From NCBI GenBank assembly GCA_903813345.2, contig CAIIXF020000001.1:42470001-42534000 (forward strand): DNA of 64,000 nt. The letters are read 5' to 3'. Numbering within the stretch: the first letter of the stretch is position 1; every line of letters starts with the position of its first letter. A model generated the notes under the pieces. The model had not been told where the DNA came from and did not search any database. It worked only from the letters and a program-made list of their open reading frames with translations. Position numbers and translations under genes: made by a program. Origin of the DNA: Owenia fusiformis (lineage: Eukaryota). Shown one piece after another: positions 1 to 14,587 of this stretch.

Positions 1-115
1 TATAGTCTAAACGCACTTTAACGAGATTATTTAGCTAATCATTTATTGCTGAACAAATGAATGAAAATTAAAACTAATATGATAAGTAGGGTAGTATAAT
101 CTTATTTTTATGTAG

Positions 116-3100
116 GTTTATCTAGTCAACTGATCCAATCAGCCGCCAACACTAAATCCAAAACTCAGCCATGTTTGACAAAATACTGTGTACAAACAGG
201 TAAGTTTAAAACCCCTAAAACAAATATAAGTAGAAGTTACGAATGAATTCTGAGGTCTCTTATTTTCCCAAGACGATTGGAACGAAATATCACATTACTT
301 TAACGATAAAATGTCATTTATATGTTCAACTGTATTTTTATAGCAAACTTCTTTTATTTCACGAAGTAACATCTTGATGTCACTCATGCTGCATAATTTT
401 GAATTTTAATCAAACAAACGTTTCACGTGAGTCTTTTAAAAAAGCACAAACATCCTATATACAAATATCGTTTGACAATCTTTGTTAAAAAAATGTTTAC
501 CTCATTTTCAAGTATCCTTGGTTTCAAGAAAATATTTTTTAAAGCTAGATTTTATCACAAAACTAATCGATACGGTTTAAACACTTTTTTCTCTTAAACC
601 AATTATTGAAAACATTCTGACTGATTGACAACAATTTAATGCAAAACTTAAATACTTTTTTGTTTTTTAGTACAATTGTTTTTGTTCCTTTCTACCAATT
701 CTTGAGAATAAAATAAAATGTCTTTCCGAACCTTGTTGGAACAAAATAGCATATACAACATTTTCTCAGACGTCTCAGTAATATAGTTATACAAAGGACA
801 TTTTGGTTGGTTTCACAAAAAGTATTCAAAAATTTAAAACAACCCCCCCTCCCCAAATAGATAATAAATATTACGATAAATCTTTTATTTCATTAACAAG
901 ATACTTTTTTTAAATCAACCAAAATTTCCTTTGGACAATTTCAAAATTGAGAGAGCTAAACAAGTTGTGTTTATGTCGTTTCGTTCCAATGAGGTTCGGA
1001 AAGATGTTTCATTTCATTCCGAACACATGATACCAAGAACAAAAGAAGTGTCTGATGTGTTTTCTAAAACAATATAGGGAAAAGTATATATAAATTTTTC
1101 AAATTATATTGTTACCATTCAAAAGATGATCATTAAATTGACGATGTGTAAATTTTTTAGAATTTTTTGATGACTGGTTTAAGAGAAACGTTTAAGAGAA
1201 AAGTTCAATTTTCATTGGCCCACCCTGTATATGTGGCCCTAAAATAACTAAATAATATGTAGGCATAAGAGCAATGATTGTTGTTAAAATCGTTCCTTTT
1301 CATAAATATACCATATCAACAAACATATAATGCTTTCTTGGTTTTAGCTGCGTTTATGTCTAACAAGATGGACACGAATGTAGATCCGTGTGACGACTTT
1401 TTCAACTATGCATGCGGCACATGGAACCGGAAGCATGTCATACCAGAGGACAAATCTAGCTACAACACAATTGTAGAACTACATGACAGTTTGCAAATTA
1501 CTTTAAAAGGTTTGTTTATTAGTATTAGTAAACGATGCAGATTTCGCACTACACTTTTAACAGTACATGTGTAGTTAAGTCTAAACCAAATAGCTAATTG
1601 TTGTTACACTATCATAGCAAGTCAATTTTCATACAAATACAGATTATAATGAGTAAATGATGGTCTAGTCATGTACAATCACATGTGTTGTGTAAAAACA
1701 TTTGATTGTTACCTAAGAAAAGTGTGATTACTTTATTGTAAAAATATGTCTCTTTTTATTATTTTCTGAGAGATGCCAGATAATGTTTATTCATAACAAT
1801 AACCTAACTTTGGTAATGTGATAACACAAAAAAAACTGTCGTAAATGCAATTTTCAGCACTATTGGAAGAGCCGAGGTTAGAATTGGATAGTAGAGCAAC
1901 TCTTCTTGCTAAAACGTTGTACAAATCGTGTGTGAATACAAGTGAGTAAAACCTTAAGTTCTTTTTAGTCATCTTGACGGTTTTCAAATGTTGCCTCTCC
2001 TGTTCCAAGTTTGTTCGGTTATTTTAGACATGCTAATTAAATCTTAATGGACATTATTTATATACGAATATTTGAACGTATGTGAAGCTCCAAGTATTCT
2101 TGGCTACCCATCTATTCTGACTCTTGCCGAAGTATTCTGACCTGACCCAAGTATTCTGAGTTGACTTATTTTTTCGAATACACTCGATAGATGTCCATGT
2201 TAGTTTTTTAATCATTTTGTGGTTGGATTTATTTTATTTAAAAGGTGGCTCCTGTTATTCTGGTAGAGTTTTATATTTTTACTTCATTATGTTATACGTT
2301 ACGTTTAGTCATATTACGGCTTTCACCACTGGTTGGTATTTTTACTTTTATATAAGTAATTTCAGGTTCCGACTTCCATATGTTTTTATAAAAGGCAGTT
2401 TCCTATCATATATAATGGTCACTATGAATAAAAAATCTTATTAATCGTGGATTGTTACAATAACATTTTAAAGGTAGGTGTGTGATGTTGTTCTTTGTGC
2501 ATTAACCAGAATTTTATTGGGAATTCTTTTTCTTTACTATGACTGATTCTTATCAATAATTGCTAAAACTAAATCACCAATAAATTGATAAGCTATCTCG
2601 TAATGTGAGTCATGCAATTAAATTAAATTATTCATTTATATTTATTTGCACGAATAAATTTGGTCTAAAGTTACGTAAAAAGTAAAAAACGCACAGAAGA
2701 TATACAGTGGCTGTAAACGATATATACGTATCAGGGACGGATCTGAAAATCAAGAGAATGAGGTCCCAAATCTGAAAATTTGAGCCCATTTTTATAAACA
2801 AGGGAAAAATTGTAAATGATGCACATTGAAAACGATGCACAGTAATGTCAGTTTGTTGCCTAAATTGCCCAATATATGTGGAGAAGCAGATTCCGGGACA
2901 TCACTTTTTGCCCCCCCCCCCAATGTTAGCCATTACATTTCCGTGCGATTGCTTAAATCAATGATATCCAACGTTTTACATAGCGAGGTTATAAGCGGTT
3001 TCCTAACATTAATCTCAGGAGCCATCTATTGTGTATAATAGAATCCATCGATGAAATATAAAAAAAACTAACGTGGACATCTATCGAGTGCATTCAAAAA

Positions 3101-6100
3101 AATAAGTCAACTCAGAATACTTGGGCCAGGTCAGAATACTTCGGCAAGAGTCAGAATAGATGGGTAGCCAAGAATACTTGGGCTTTGACAAACGTACATG
3201 AAGCTCCAAGTGCTCTTGCTAGCCATGTATTCCGACTCTTGCCGAAGTATTCTGACCTGACCAAGGGGTTCTTGGTTTACTCATTTACTCAAATACACTC
3301 GAGTATAGATTGATTTTCAATTCAATTTTATGTTTTTCCAGAGATGACTGTGGAAATTAAGTGAATTAAACCATTTATATTGATAGCAATATGCAGCTTG
3401 GCTGATCCAGGGGGGGGGGCTCCTTTAATGGGCCCAGAAAAAGGTTTTTGAGCACAAAATATTTTCCAGACTCAACATTTAGTTAGGCCCCTCTCCTTAT
3501 TAATTTCTGGATCCGTCACCAATATGTTACTGCCTCGTGCACAAATATAGTTTATTTATATAATTTAACGGGGTAGCCCATCGTTGGGGAATGTGATATG
3601 TGGGTGTACGATTTGAGCACCCTTGGAACACTCCAGAGCAATATAATATTGGAATAGACTGGGTCTCAATTTCAGGAATTCGCGTCATTTTCGGAAAATG
3701 TTTCTGACATGAGCCTCAATTTTGAAAAATAGGTCCATATTTTAAAAATTTGGATCCATTTCCAAAAAAGTCCAGCATTTTGGGGGCCAACGTTATTCGT
3801 ACCCTCTCTTGTGAATTTTCAGACTAGATTTAAATACCATAAGTGAATTCAGAATGTATGGGCAAGAGTCAGAACACTTGGGTAGCCCAAAATAGCAGGG
3901 TTTCCACGAACGTATTGATCAATTGTCTCATAAGTTTAAGATTATGGCTTCACCAAAGTAAAAAATAAACAAAAAGTAACTCATATAGCTTGGTAACGAA
4001 AGTTTTGTACGTGCAGGTCTTATAGAAGATGCGGGAGATGCTCCTTTGAGGAGCCTACTGAAAGAATTGGGAGGTTGGCCACTAACATTGAACCAATGGG
4101 ACGAATCACAGTTTAGTCTTGAGAAACTCCTGGGTAAACTTAGAGGAACGTACAACGCGCCTGTGTTAATTGATCAATGGGTATCACCGGATGACAAGAA
4201 TTCATCACGATATATCATTCAGGTATATAACTGTATCTGTATCACTTGGACATGTGAATATGTTACCAGCTATTGAGTTTTGTCTTTCTAGACCTTGGCT
4301 TCAATCAAGTACTGTGCCATATCTTCTAGACCTAGAACATATACATATGAGCAATGTCTTCTATAAAGTTATCTGATTCATTGCATGACAATAAAATGAA
4401 ATGATCAAATTGTGTCGTACGCACGTAGAAAATTGCATAATTAGCTACTATATTTATTAAACACAGCTTGACCAGGCTGGGCTTGGAATGCCTAGTAGAG
4501 AATACTTCCTCTCGAGTAAGCACGAGCGTCAAAAAGCAGCATATGTGAAACTACTGAAAGCTGTTTCTAGACTATTAGGGGCATCTCGGGATGTAGACAA
4601 ACAGATAGAAGACATATTACACTTCGAAACTAAAGTAGCAAATGTAAGTGTTGGCTCGTCAAGGGACCTTATCATATGATTATTCATTTTAAATTAAGTT
4701 TTATTGATATTAGTAACATTTCGCATTCGATCGAAACATGCTACAGTAAGTGTACAAATAACATTATAAAGCATTGCCTTCAATGTTCTTTCCATTTTCC
4801 AGCTCAAATTTTTATTAGATGTGATATAAACCATTTCACGGGAGGTCATTCAACAACTGCCTACGGAGAAACACATGTACGAGTAGAAACACCTCTCTAG
4901 TCTGAACCCAATACGAACGGCTGAACGCCTTTTAGTTTTCATTTTTAATCGACCTTGATAATGTGAACAACGGACAATCCAAACACTTTTAACCGGCCCA
5001 AGTGGCGTTCAGATTAGACAGGTTTTATTGTGTACTTATGTAGATGTGCAAAATGACATAATGTGATATGAGGTAAACATGTTTTAAGCAATACTCATTA
5101 TTATTATTACGTGTTCATTATCCGTCTGTTATAGATGACAGTCCCATTACACATGAGACAGGATACTGGAGAAATGTACAACAAGATGTCCCTGATCAAA
5201 TTGAGCCAGAAAATGCCGAAGGTATACAGCTTCATATTTTAAGAAATAAACTGATATTTCAAATATTTCTAAATTATTCTATGAATCCAATCTGTCGTAT
5301 ATCTGGTATTCAATCATGTATTTCACCCTGTTCAATCTAGTAGAATCACCATTTTGTTTTTCTTTCAGTTTGACTGGCTACTGTACATAAACTCAATGAT
5401 GCCATACCCACTTACCGAAGAAGAAGAAGTTGTTGTGTACGCCCCCTCGTACCTATCTGACCTTGTAGCGCTAATAAACATCACACCAAGAAGGTACTTT
5501 ATTTTGTCCTTTTCCTCGGTCCTCAAAGTAACAAGCTGTCCTTTGTGTCAAAATTGATATTCTAAAACTTAAAAGAACAGAAAATATTCTATATGCTATT
5601 ACAAGTATACGTTGTCAATATTAGTTCTCATTATTTTAGAACTGTAGCGAACTATGTAATGTGGCGAACTGCCATGGGGCTGATACCAGAGATGACAGAA
5701 AAATACAGATCAGAGATCAGGGAATATAGTAAAGTCCTCCAGGTACTTATAATTATGTCGTTGCACAAAAACAAACTAGAATTATTATCTCAAAACAAAC
5801 AGCATTGGCATTATGTGTCACCGCGCACCAAAGGGCAAACTACTGTCTCGAACCAATCCCAACTCGTGACGTGTCATGTTATAGCACTTTCATACTTATA
5901 TGACTTGATTTTGTTATTCACTCGCGTTTTTTCCTTCACAGGGTTAAAATGCATATAGGTTATTTACGGGCAGGAATTCAATATGGGTTTTATTCCGCGG
6001 AACGGTATTATAAAGCAAAAAATCATATTGTCACGATGAATATCTCCATGTTTAATCCCGACCAGTAAGTAAGCTTTTATCCCATGATATTCATGACTCT

Positions 6101-9100
6101 CTTCGTAAAATGATTCGTTCAAAATCCGTATCTGATTTTTGTATCAAACAAAACCAGAATTTATACTTAGTCTACAAATTATGACTTAGCTTTGTGACAT
6201 TTTGAAATATCATGATATAGTGTATAACATTAAACAAATCAACATCAAAAAATACGTATACATGCCCATTACAGGGTATTATGCACATTGTCCAGATTTC
6301 TATGACGTTGACTGTGTGCCAGAGCATGATGATAGGCGAATTGAAATCTTCATACTTCTTACGTTTCAAAATCTCTATTTTCAATTTTGTTTGGAAAATA
6401 TATATCGTTTTTCACATAAGAACATCATTATAACACGCTATATCGGCCCAATTGAACGTAATTGGAAATTTTGTTTGGCAAAACTTTCCCTGGGGTGAAT
6501 ACCATTTTCATGAGCGGGATTGGTCGGGACAATACGATTTTTTTTCAATATCAAAAATATTCCAGGGTGTAATTCATCGGGAAGTAGTAGTATCATGGGA
6601 TAGATATGTTTATTGCATTCTTATTCAGTCTAACCGATTTCGATTCTTCTTTATGTCAATCGTCACTTCCATTATTTCATGAATTCATGGAATCAAACAG
6701 ATTTTAGGACTATCCACATTATAGCGCTTCAAACGTGTGCGCGATCCACATTATGACGCTTTCAGATTCGTGAACCATCAAATAGTCTCACAAAGGATCA
6801 TCCAAAATCAAGGTGCTCTCAAAACACGGCACCGTTCACAATATGGGACAATCGCTGTTTTGATCCTGTTCCCGAGCATAAATAGGAGTTTGAAGAAATT
6901 AATAATCGTATAAACATACCTAGGAGTTGAAAACTACACGTATATCGATGATATGTTTAGTATATGTGTATATTTTCTATAGGGTGTGACCAAAGAAAAG
7001 GTGCGCTGGAAAAAATGTGTGGAGTACTGTAATGAGCAGATGGGTACAGCAGTGGGAGCAATGTTTGTCCGAGAGAATTTCCAGAAAGATAGCAAAGAAG
7101 ATGTAAGCATTGCCCTAAACCAAACTGCACACCATGGAATATTTTGATTTTTCTCTCATGTCAAAAAATATATTAGGTCCTATGGATCAAGATTTCAATA
7201 ACTTGATCTTAACATTGTAATCATCACTTCCGTTAAACCTTCTTAATTTGGTTTTACGCTCACATATAACATTTAAAGTGTCACAGCACAGTTAAGAGCT
7301 TGACTGATTTATGTTTTGATGGAGTGAAAATGCCACTTACAATTTTAGGCATTGGAGATGATCCATAACATACGAGAGGCTTTCAACAAGATGTTGATGG
7401 ACAATACCTGGATGGACGAGGACACTAAACGTGTCGCAAAAGAAAAGGCAGATGCCATCAACGAACGGATAGGCTACCCTGATTATATCACGGACAAAGA
7501 TGCGTTGGACGCTAAGTTCAAAGGGGTATTTAACAACTGTTTTATATAATTGATCGCTGTATATACAATAATAAATATATTTTACTTTGAGAAACATGTT
7601 AGAGACAGAATCATATGTTCACCATTAGGCCCGTAGGAATCTATCTCCAGTCATTTTTGAACGGTATATGACGTTGTATTTCTTTAAAATATCTGCAAAG
7701 ATTATAATTTTGTCATCTCATATCCCTCCAAGCTAGCTTTTATAAGTTAACCAGTAACCATGTTAAAATATTTTTGCAGTTATCATTCCGTGAGGATTCT
7801 TTCTTCAACAGCACACTGCAGCTGGCACAGTTCAAAATCAGATACAACTTGATGAAACTCAATGAAACCGTATCCGACAAGTGGGTGGTTGAGTATATAA
7901 AACGTATACTGTATGCAAGTCGTTATATATAAATGAGTCACATACATGCTGTAATTCACAGTTTCTTATGAATATAATTCACAGAAAACATTTTCAAATG
8001 TATATTTTGTAACCGAATTGATTTGATTGAACATTCTGTATGTAGATGGGAACAAGCCCCAGCAGTAGTGAACGCTTTCTACAACCCAAGCACCAATGAT
8101 ATAATGTTCCCAGCTGGAATTCTTCAACCGATGTTCTACAGCAAGAACTATCCAAAGTAAATTGCATCATATGAAATTAAAATTATCATAATTTCTATCA
8201 TCAGCTTCAATTAGGACTGATTCTGAATGGCTTTCACAAGAACAGTTTGCTTTCCTATGTTAACATGTTGTATTGTTTGTAAGGCCCGATATAGATTATT
8301 TTATATTTTATTTTCAAACTTCGCACGGGCCTTTTAAAAAGATGAATCAGGTGGCTTCCGTGAAACAATAGTCTTAAAATTGTCGTGTCATATCGCTTAT
8401 TGGCAATTCGATCCAGGGTTTACAACAATGGAATTCAATAAATGTCAAGAAGTCAAACCGTTAATTCAAAAAATGTTTTTAGATCTCTAAACTATGGAGG
8501 AATTGGCGTTGTGATTGGCCATGAAATAACACATGGGTTTGATGATAAAGGTAAACATTTAAAAGATGCTTTAATAACCTCAGTTGCTCTTTTCCGATCT
8601 TGTCTATGAAGTCTTCTCTACATGTTTGAGCCAAACGATGACATGGATCAATCTAAAACTCCCAGGGTTGTTTGGTACAAAAGTCTACAAATTCATAGTC
8701 TCTGGACATTCTGCGTAATTTCATGTGGCGATTTTGGACTTTTTGTCCAGAAAACGACAACACAATGCCATGTGAGTCAAGAACCCTCGGTACCATTCTT
8801 AACTTTATGAAATTCCTGTTGATGAATCCCCGACTCTTTATCAGAAGACCATAAAATAATGGGAAATTTACACTTTAAATGCAAATCATGTTCTATTATA
8901 ATATTATGCCATGTATCATTATTATCATGTATTATTCACGCGTTATCCAACAACAAATTGATGTACAATTAAACCAAGCTGCAACCCCCTATATCTATAC
9001 GACTCACTTGGCAGGTTGGTGGTGATAAAAATGAGAATAGTTTCAACACCTACTCATATTCTAGTAGTGTATGATCTTTAGATAAGATAAGAAAAACACC

Positions 9101-11974
9101 GACTTGTAGGCTTATGTAGCCTTTTGAATGTGTGGGTGTGTGTTTGGTATACACACTTTTAAAGATTTGAGAGTTGTGTTTTAGGGCGCCAATATGACAA
9201 AAACGGCAACTTGCAGCAATGGTGGAAAAATGAGACGATTCGGGCTTTTCGCGAAAGGGCCAAGTGTATGATAGACCAGTACAATGAATATAAATTAGAT
9301 CAGATTGGAATGAATGTAAGTCATTAACCATAATCAGGTTAATATAAAACATAAATGTAACATGATAAAATTTCAAAACTGTTGTAAACATGCTATAAAT
9401 AACTGGATTGGCGATGCCATTTCGTTAATCACTGCATCGGGCATTCTTAGTTTCTGAAAGGAAGAATCAGATCTAGAGGGGGTGACACGTAAAATCGACC
9501 TTCCAATCAATTCTCTGTAAAAGTGCAAAAATGGGTAGACATAAAAATAGAAAAATAATACATTATTGTAAAAATCTTGATTTTTCCTGGAACAAAGTTT
9601 GGATTTTAAAAAATAGACATGACAAGGAATTGTATGAGGCAAAACTATTCTAAAATTGATACAATTTTTGTTTAGCTTCCTCGCTTGATCTGATTCTTTC
9701 TTGAATGGACGTCTACGTCGTTTGCTAAGAAATGCAAAATTTGAAAAAGATCTATGGAACGTTACTAAAATTATAGTTACTACGGTAATGATTGACTGGA
9801 AACTGACAGTAACTCAATTACGAATAACATGCATGTTCACAGAAAAGTTGCACGTGTACTGTGTTGTCTATGTTTCTCTTCCAGTGTTTCATGACAACGT
9901 TTTTAAAATTAATTTCTGAACGTATATCATGAGAGAATGTGACCAAACCGGTTGGTGCAGTCTTAACAAGTGCGAATACCAGTCCACTAACCTTTGAAAC
10001 ACCCTGTTCAAATTACATTTTAACTGAAGTAAAATTTGGTAGAAACCCATTGTTATAAAATGTATAAAGTCAGAACGTTAACGACAGAATGCAAGGGAAA
10101 ATATATTGACACTATAATTCCGTAGAAAAAATGGCGATAAGCAAAAAGGTTACATTATGTTATATCATTGTAGATAAATGGCAAGATCACACAAGGAGAA
10201 AACATTGCAGACAACGGAGGACTAAAGGAAGCGTTTCTAGTAAATATGAACTCTTGGTTTGGTCTTTAAACCATATTTGGATAAATAATATGATATAAAA
10301 TGCATATATGCGTTTGTCTGTGGGCGTTAATGCGTTGTATGTAACTACCAGTGATGTACTTCCGCATTGTGTATTTTTAAGTTTTTATTCTAAATACTGT
10401 ATTGCAAAGATGTTTAATTATTAACTCGCTTACGTCAACAGTGTAATTATTGCATGCCTCATGTTACGAATGCTTTACCCACAGTTAATGAACTCTGCTT
10501 TACATCACAATGATGTCATTTTAGGCCTATAGAATGTGGGTGGACAGGAATGGTGAAGAACAACTACTACCAGGCATAAACCTTACACATAATCAGCTCT
10601 TCTTTCTCAACTATGCTCAAGTAAGACTAAAACACATTCATTTTTAAGAGAATTTAATCTTAACTAGAACTAACAATTACATGTAAACAGATTTTAAAGT
10701 GCCTACAGTTGAGTTGACCCTAGGTAAGGTTAAGTTAACCTTGAGATGGCCTTGAGGATGGAGTTGATCTGAGGTTAAACCCTTTGACTTTAGGTGGGTT
10801 GGGTTGGAATTGAGATGAACTGGGGTCAGTATGAAATGAGAGTTGATTGAAATTGGTTTAATTTGAATGTAATTCGAATGTAAAGTAAACTTTAGATTGA
10901 TCCAAATATGACAGATATAAAAACAATCTTGAGTCGGTGAGCTGACGTTGAAGTAAACACAACCGTTACAACGTTGATATCACATTTTGCTGAGACGACG
11001 TTAGGTTTGGTTGACAAAGATTTGACTCGACAAAACTATAAAAGCCAGGTCAGGTAGAGGTAGAGGAAATAATTGACTTTAAGTTTGCAGAACTGGGATG
11101 GAACACAAGTTAAATCGTTTACTTCTGGAGCTAGTATGGATGACAAAACGTCAAATAGAAAGGGAGTTCATTTGAAAAACGAAATTTTGGGATATCCATT
11201 TAAAACACGATCGAGTACAGGGTCCCACAAACATTCATCAGGCAACTCTGATGAACCCTTTGACACCCTGTACATGTTCATTGCTCGCGCAAGCTGATGC
11301 GAACGTCGTTAATCTGCTTGAAATTCCTACGCTGCCCCTCGTGCTTAATCAGTTTTGGCTTCTTATATTCTTCGTCGCCTAACAACTTACAATGGCGGCT
11401 GTTTTAACTGTTCTCAAGCTCCCTTGCACACGATAGCCTAAATGCTACTTGTATACTGTTGATGCATTCAAGAGTTCAGATTCCACGGTTACAATCACTC
11501 ACTACAAAATGGATTTTTTGGGTCACCCTGTAATTAGCTTCACACAAGGTATCACGCGTGATCCATTAACTCCGAGCTGAGGCTATGTCTCCATTTATTT
11601 GGATCGGTTGGTCGTTCAACTTATAAGCCTGTGAATGCTGGCCAAATTGTAAGGTTGTTTACCAAATTGGTCAATTAACTGATCCAATTGCTTACCTAAT
11701 TGACAACGTTTTTACTGGAATGTTTCTACAAAATACTGCACACATTAAGAATGATTCAATAACACAAATTATCAAATACTTACCATCTTTGTTGCAGATC
11801 ATGTGCGGCAAGATGAGGAACGAACAAGCCCTTATCAAGATTAGAACAGCCGTGCATAGTCCCGGACAGATACGTGTTTTAGGTCCACTGTCAAACTCTG
11901 TTGAATTTTCGGAGTCTTTCAATTGTCCTTTGGGAAGCCGGATGAACCCTAGAAAAAAGTGTTTGGTATGGTAA
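116..11974 (+). CDS. Neprilysin-like M13 zinc metallo-endopeptidase, 5'-partial (17 exons in window)
   Basis: Phase-consistent GT-AG exons: 116-199, 1348-1509, 1858-1941, 4017-4222, 4467-4643, 5135-5221, 5369-5493, 5640-5742, 6983-7102, 7349-7525, 7780-7880, 8046-8156, 8483-8550, 9185-9315, 10174-10239, 10525-10620, 11798-11974. The translation has M13 hallmarks: [33 protein letters not shown] (HExxH), [15 protein letters not shown]-terminal CLVW*. The N-terminus and TM anchor lie upstream of the window. Confidence 0.95.
575..1230. mobile_element. Degenerate foldback MITE, Tc1/mariner-type end
   Basis: Inverted arms ~700-830 vs ~900-1020 and ~575-620 vs ~1160-1205. The right end reads ...GGCCCACCCTG-TA. 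The left end is not recognisable. Confidence 0.55.
2077..3194. mobile_element. MITE with ~130-bp terminal inverted repeats (neprilysin intron)
   Basis: 2077-2210 (GAAGCTCCAAGTATTCTTGGCTACCCATC...) is the reverse complement of ~3060-3194. Confidence 0.85.
3193..3912. mobile_element. Second, more diverged element of the same TIR family, abutting the first
   Basis: Starts CGTACATGAAGCTCCAAG..., homologous to 2077. Ends ...GGCAAGAGTCAGAACACTTGGGTAGCC...CACGAACG. Confidence 0.7.
9459..9701. mobile_element. Kolobok-like short non-autonomous element
   Basis: TIR AGGAAGAATCAGATC...GATCTGATTCTTTCT, flanked by the 4-bp duplication TGAA. A related copy lies in the opposite orientation at 20636-20975. 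Confidence 0.65.
11218..11530. mobile_element. Short Tc1/mariner-type MITE
   Basis: TA-CAGGGTCCCACAAA...TTTTGGGTCACCCTG-TA. Confidence 0.6.
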
Positions 11975-12866
11975 CGATGATTTGACAAAATATGCATGAA
12001 GGACGAAAAATGTCTGTGCTGTATTTGTTTCCGGTAATCTTCACTTCGCCAAATTAGAAAAAATCGAACACTAGTATACAACTATATAAATCAAATTGGA
12101 TCTGGCAGAGCAAGCGATCAAAGCACCTGAGAATTCAATAATAGATGTATAAACATGATAAATAGGTCGTGTAGTTTTTAAAAGGGCGATAGGCGAAAAG
12201 GTTACATTATGTTATATCATTGTAGATAAATGGCAAGATCACCAAGTAGTATAGAAAATACAAATAAGTGGACATAATATGTAATATAAATTATAATTCT
12301 CAATATCCATTTGTAAACGAACATCTAGTAATACCATGTACTAACAAAATTTTCATTTGCTTACCCATTTATTCTGATTCTGATACTGACATAAATCGTG
12401 TGCGATACTAATATCAAGAAGATGAGCATAATCAAAACACATTCATGGTGCTTTTTTAAGAATCTTTTACCAAGAAAAATGATTGATAAGGATGTGATGA
12501 AGCTTATGCAACAGTTATATCAAGTACATGTACCTTTCTGTGATAAACCTTGAGCATAGTTGTTTTGAGTACAATGGTTTTGCTAGTCCATTCAAACTTG
12601 GGACAGTATCATACCATTAGTACCTAAAATATATGTACATACAGTATACATATATATTTATTTCTCGTACATGTATAATCATTACAACAATTACTGTATA
12701 TATGAAGAACAGTTGTGTGGTATTGTTTTGTCATTTGTAACGTTTTTAAAAAAATCATTTTGTAAATATGTCAGTGCTTAAACCTGTCATTTTGACTGTT
12801 TATATTACTTTAATACATAAATGTAAACTAGTAATATCATACTAACATGTAATGTAGAAACGTAAC

Positions 12867-12872
12867 AATAAA
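12867..12872 (+). terminator. Candidate polyadenylation signal of the neprilysin-like gene
   Basis: AATAAA about 900 nt after the stop codon, at the end of an AT-rich UTR-like tract. Confidence 0.4.
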
Positions 12873-13036
12873 AACGTTTATCCAAGTTATATGATGTCGA
12901 TTTTGATTTATAATATCACAATAATTTCTTACATTTTAACACCAGCATTCAATAGATAACAAGCATAGTGGTCAACAGACTCAACACATTGATCCGTTCA
13001 TACCAAGGATTTCGTAGAATTGTGGTATGAGTCACA

Positions 13037-13413
13037 TCAGCCCCTCCGTCAAGATAATAGGATCCAGTCCCTCTGTAAATCAATAAGATTCAGCCCCTCC
13101 GCCAAGATAATAAGATTCAGCCCCTCCATCAAGATAATAGGATCCAGTCCCTCTGTAAAGACAATAAGATTCAGCCCCTCCATCAAGATAATAAGACTCA
13201 ATCCCTCCGTCAAGACAATAAGATTCAGCCCCTCCATCAAGATAATAAGATTCAGCCCCTCCGTGAATACAATAAGTTTCATTCCCTCCGTCATGAAAGT
13301 AAGATTCAGTCCCTCCGTCAAGATAATAAGGTTCAGTCAATATGTCAAGGTAATAAGATTCAGCCCCTCCGTAAAGATAATAAAATTCAGTCCCTCCGTC
13401 AAGATAGTAAGAT
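13037..13413. repeat. 27-bp minisatellite, ~14 copies
   Basis: Unit AGATTCAGCCCCTCCGTCAAGATAATA in tandem, between the convergent 3' ends of the neprilysin-like and CPTP genes. Confidence 0.95.
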
Positions 13414-14587
13414 GCATGTAATCTCCTTGTGAACCTTTTCTAGGTCACTTGGCAAATAACACCTCGTCCATGAAGTTTGTCTTAATCTCCAAACTAAATT
13501 CTAAGAACTAAATTCCGAATTTTGTAACGCACTTGGTAATTATTTTACGAGGGAAATTATATATATATATTTTTTTTTTTTAAGTCAAAAACTTATGTTG
13601 CAGTTTGACAGCAGCTATGTTTGCTATTTTGCAAAGCAGTTCAATAAAAATGCTTTAAAAATAAACCCCATGGTACCATTGCTTCCAACGAAAATTGAAA
13701 CTTTGATATGTTACGTAAGGATGAAACAATGTATGCCAAATAGTTCAAACTTTAGAGGGGCATTTAAAGTTTTGTTTCACTTTCCAATACAATACATACG
13801 AGCTGAAAATCAGAACATTAAAATATCTTCATTCACTGTTGAATGATAATACAGTGATACTCTGATTTGAATTTCTACATTCTCCCCCTCCTTTGAACTA
13901 AGTCTAAACAGTACTTGTTACAATACTCTAAAATTATTGTAAACTGTTACAGAATGTTTACAAGTTCACTTATTTCTTTGCCATGGTAAAAGATATTGGC
14001 ATAAATGTGTTGGATCTGATAACATCTTTATAAATGTTCACTCTAAATAGTATATTTTAAGTTATTGGAAGTTGTAAGAATTCCGAACGCCGAGCGCTGA
14101 ACACCGTCCAAAAAAGGTTGGAGACGATAACAATATGTCACCACTTCTGGTGGTGACATGACAAATGAGGTATAAAAAACACCAAATTCAATTGTTGCTT
14201 TCTTCAGTACACTTTCAAGAAATGACAAGTAATTCTTGTGAATAAAAGTTGAGTCCTTGGTCACTCTTTATTCTAATTATCAATGATACATTCACTTTTA
14301 CCAAAAGCAGTCATTCCTAACAATTCAACATACATGTACGTCAAAATAACAATGACAACTTATAATTTCAATTATAAACAACATGTTGGTTTAATCAATT
14401 TAAGTACATGAATTACATGTAGTAAAATAAATAATAAAAATTGTTGGCTATTTTACACACTAAACCAATGCACTTTCAAATGACCCCTTCATTCTCTGCT
14501 ATTGAACATGAAATTAATCATGGAATTCTAGGTGTTTAATATTGGTCATTTAAAATTGAACATCAGTGTATGGAATATTTTGGAAAA

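Noticed and set aside
13037..13413. CRISPR-like array
   Set aside because: The units are contiguous with no unique spacers, the context is eukaryotic, and there are no cas genes.
13020..13421. Three overlapping repetitive ORFs (IIRFSPSVK, EGLNLII and YYLDGGAES repeats)
   Set aside because: They are a by-product of a 27-bp stop-poor minisatellite, with no splice or start context.
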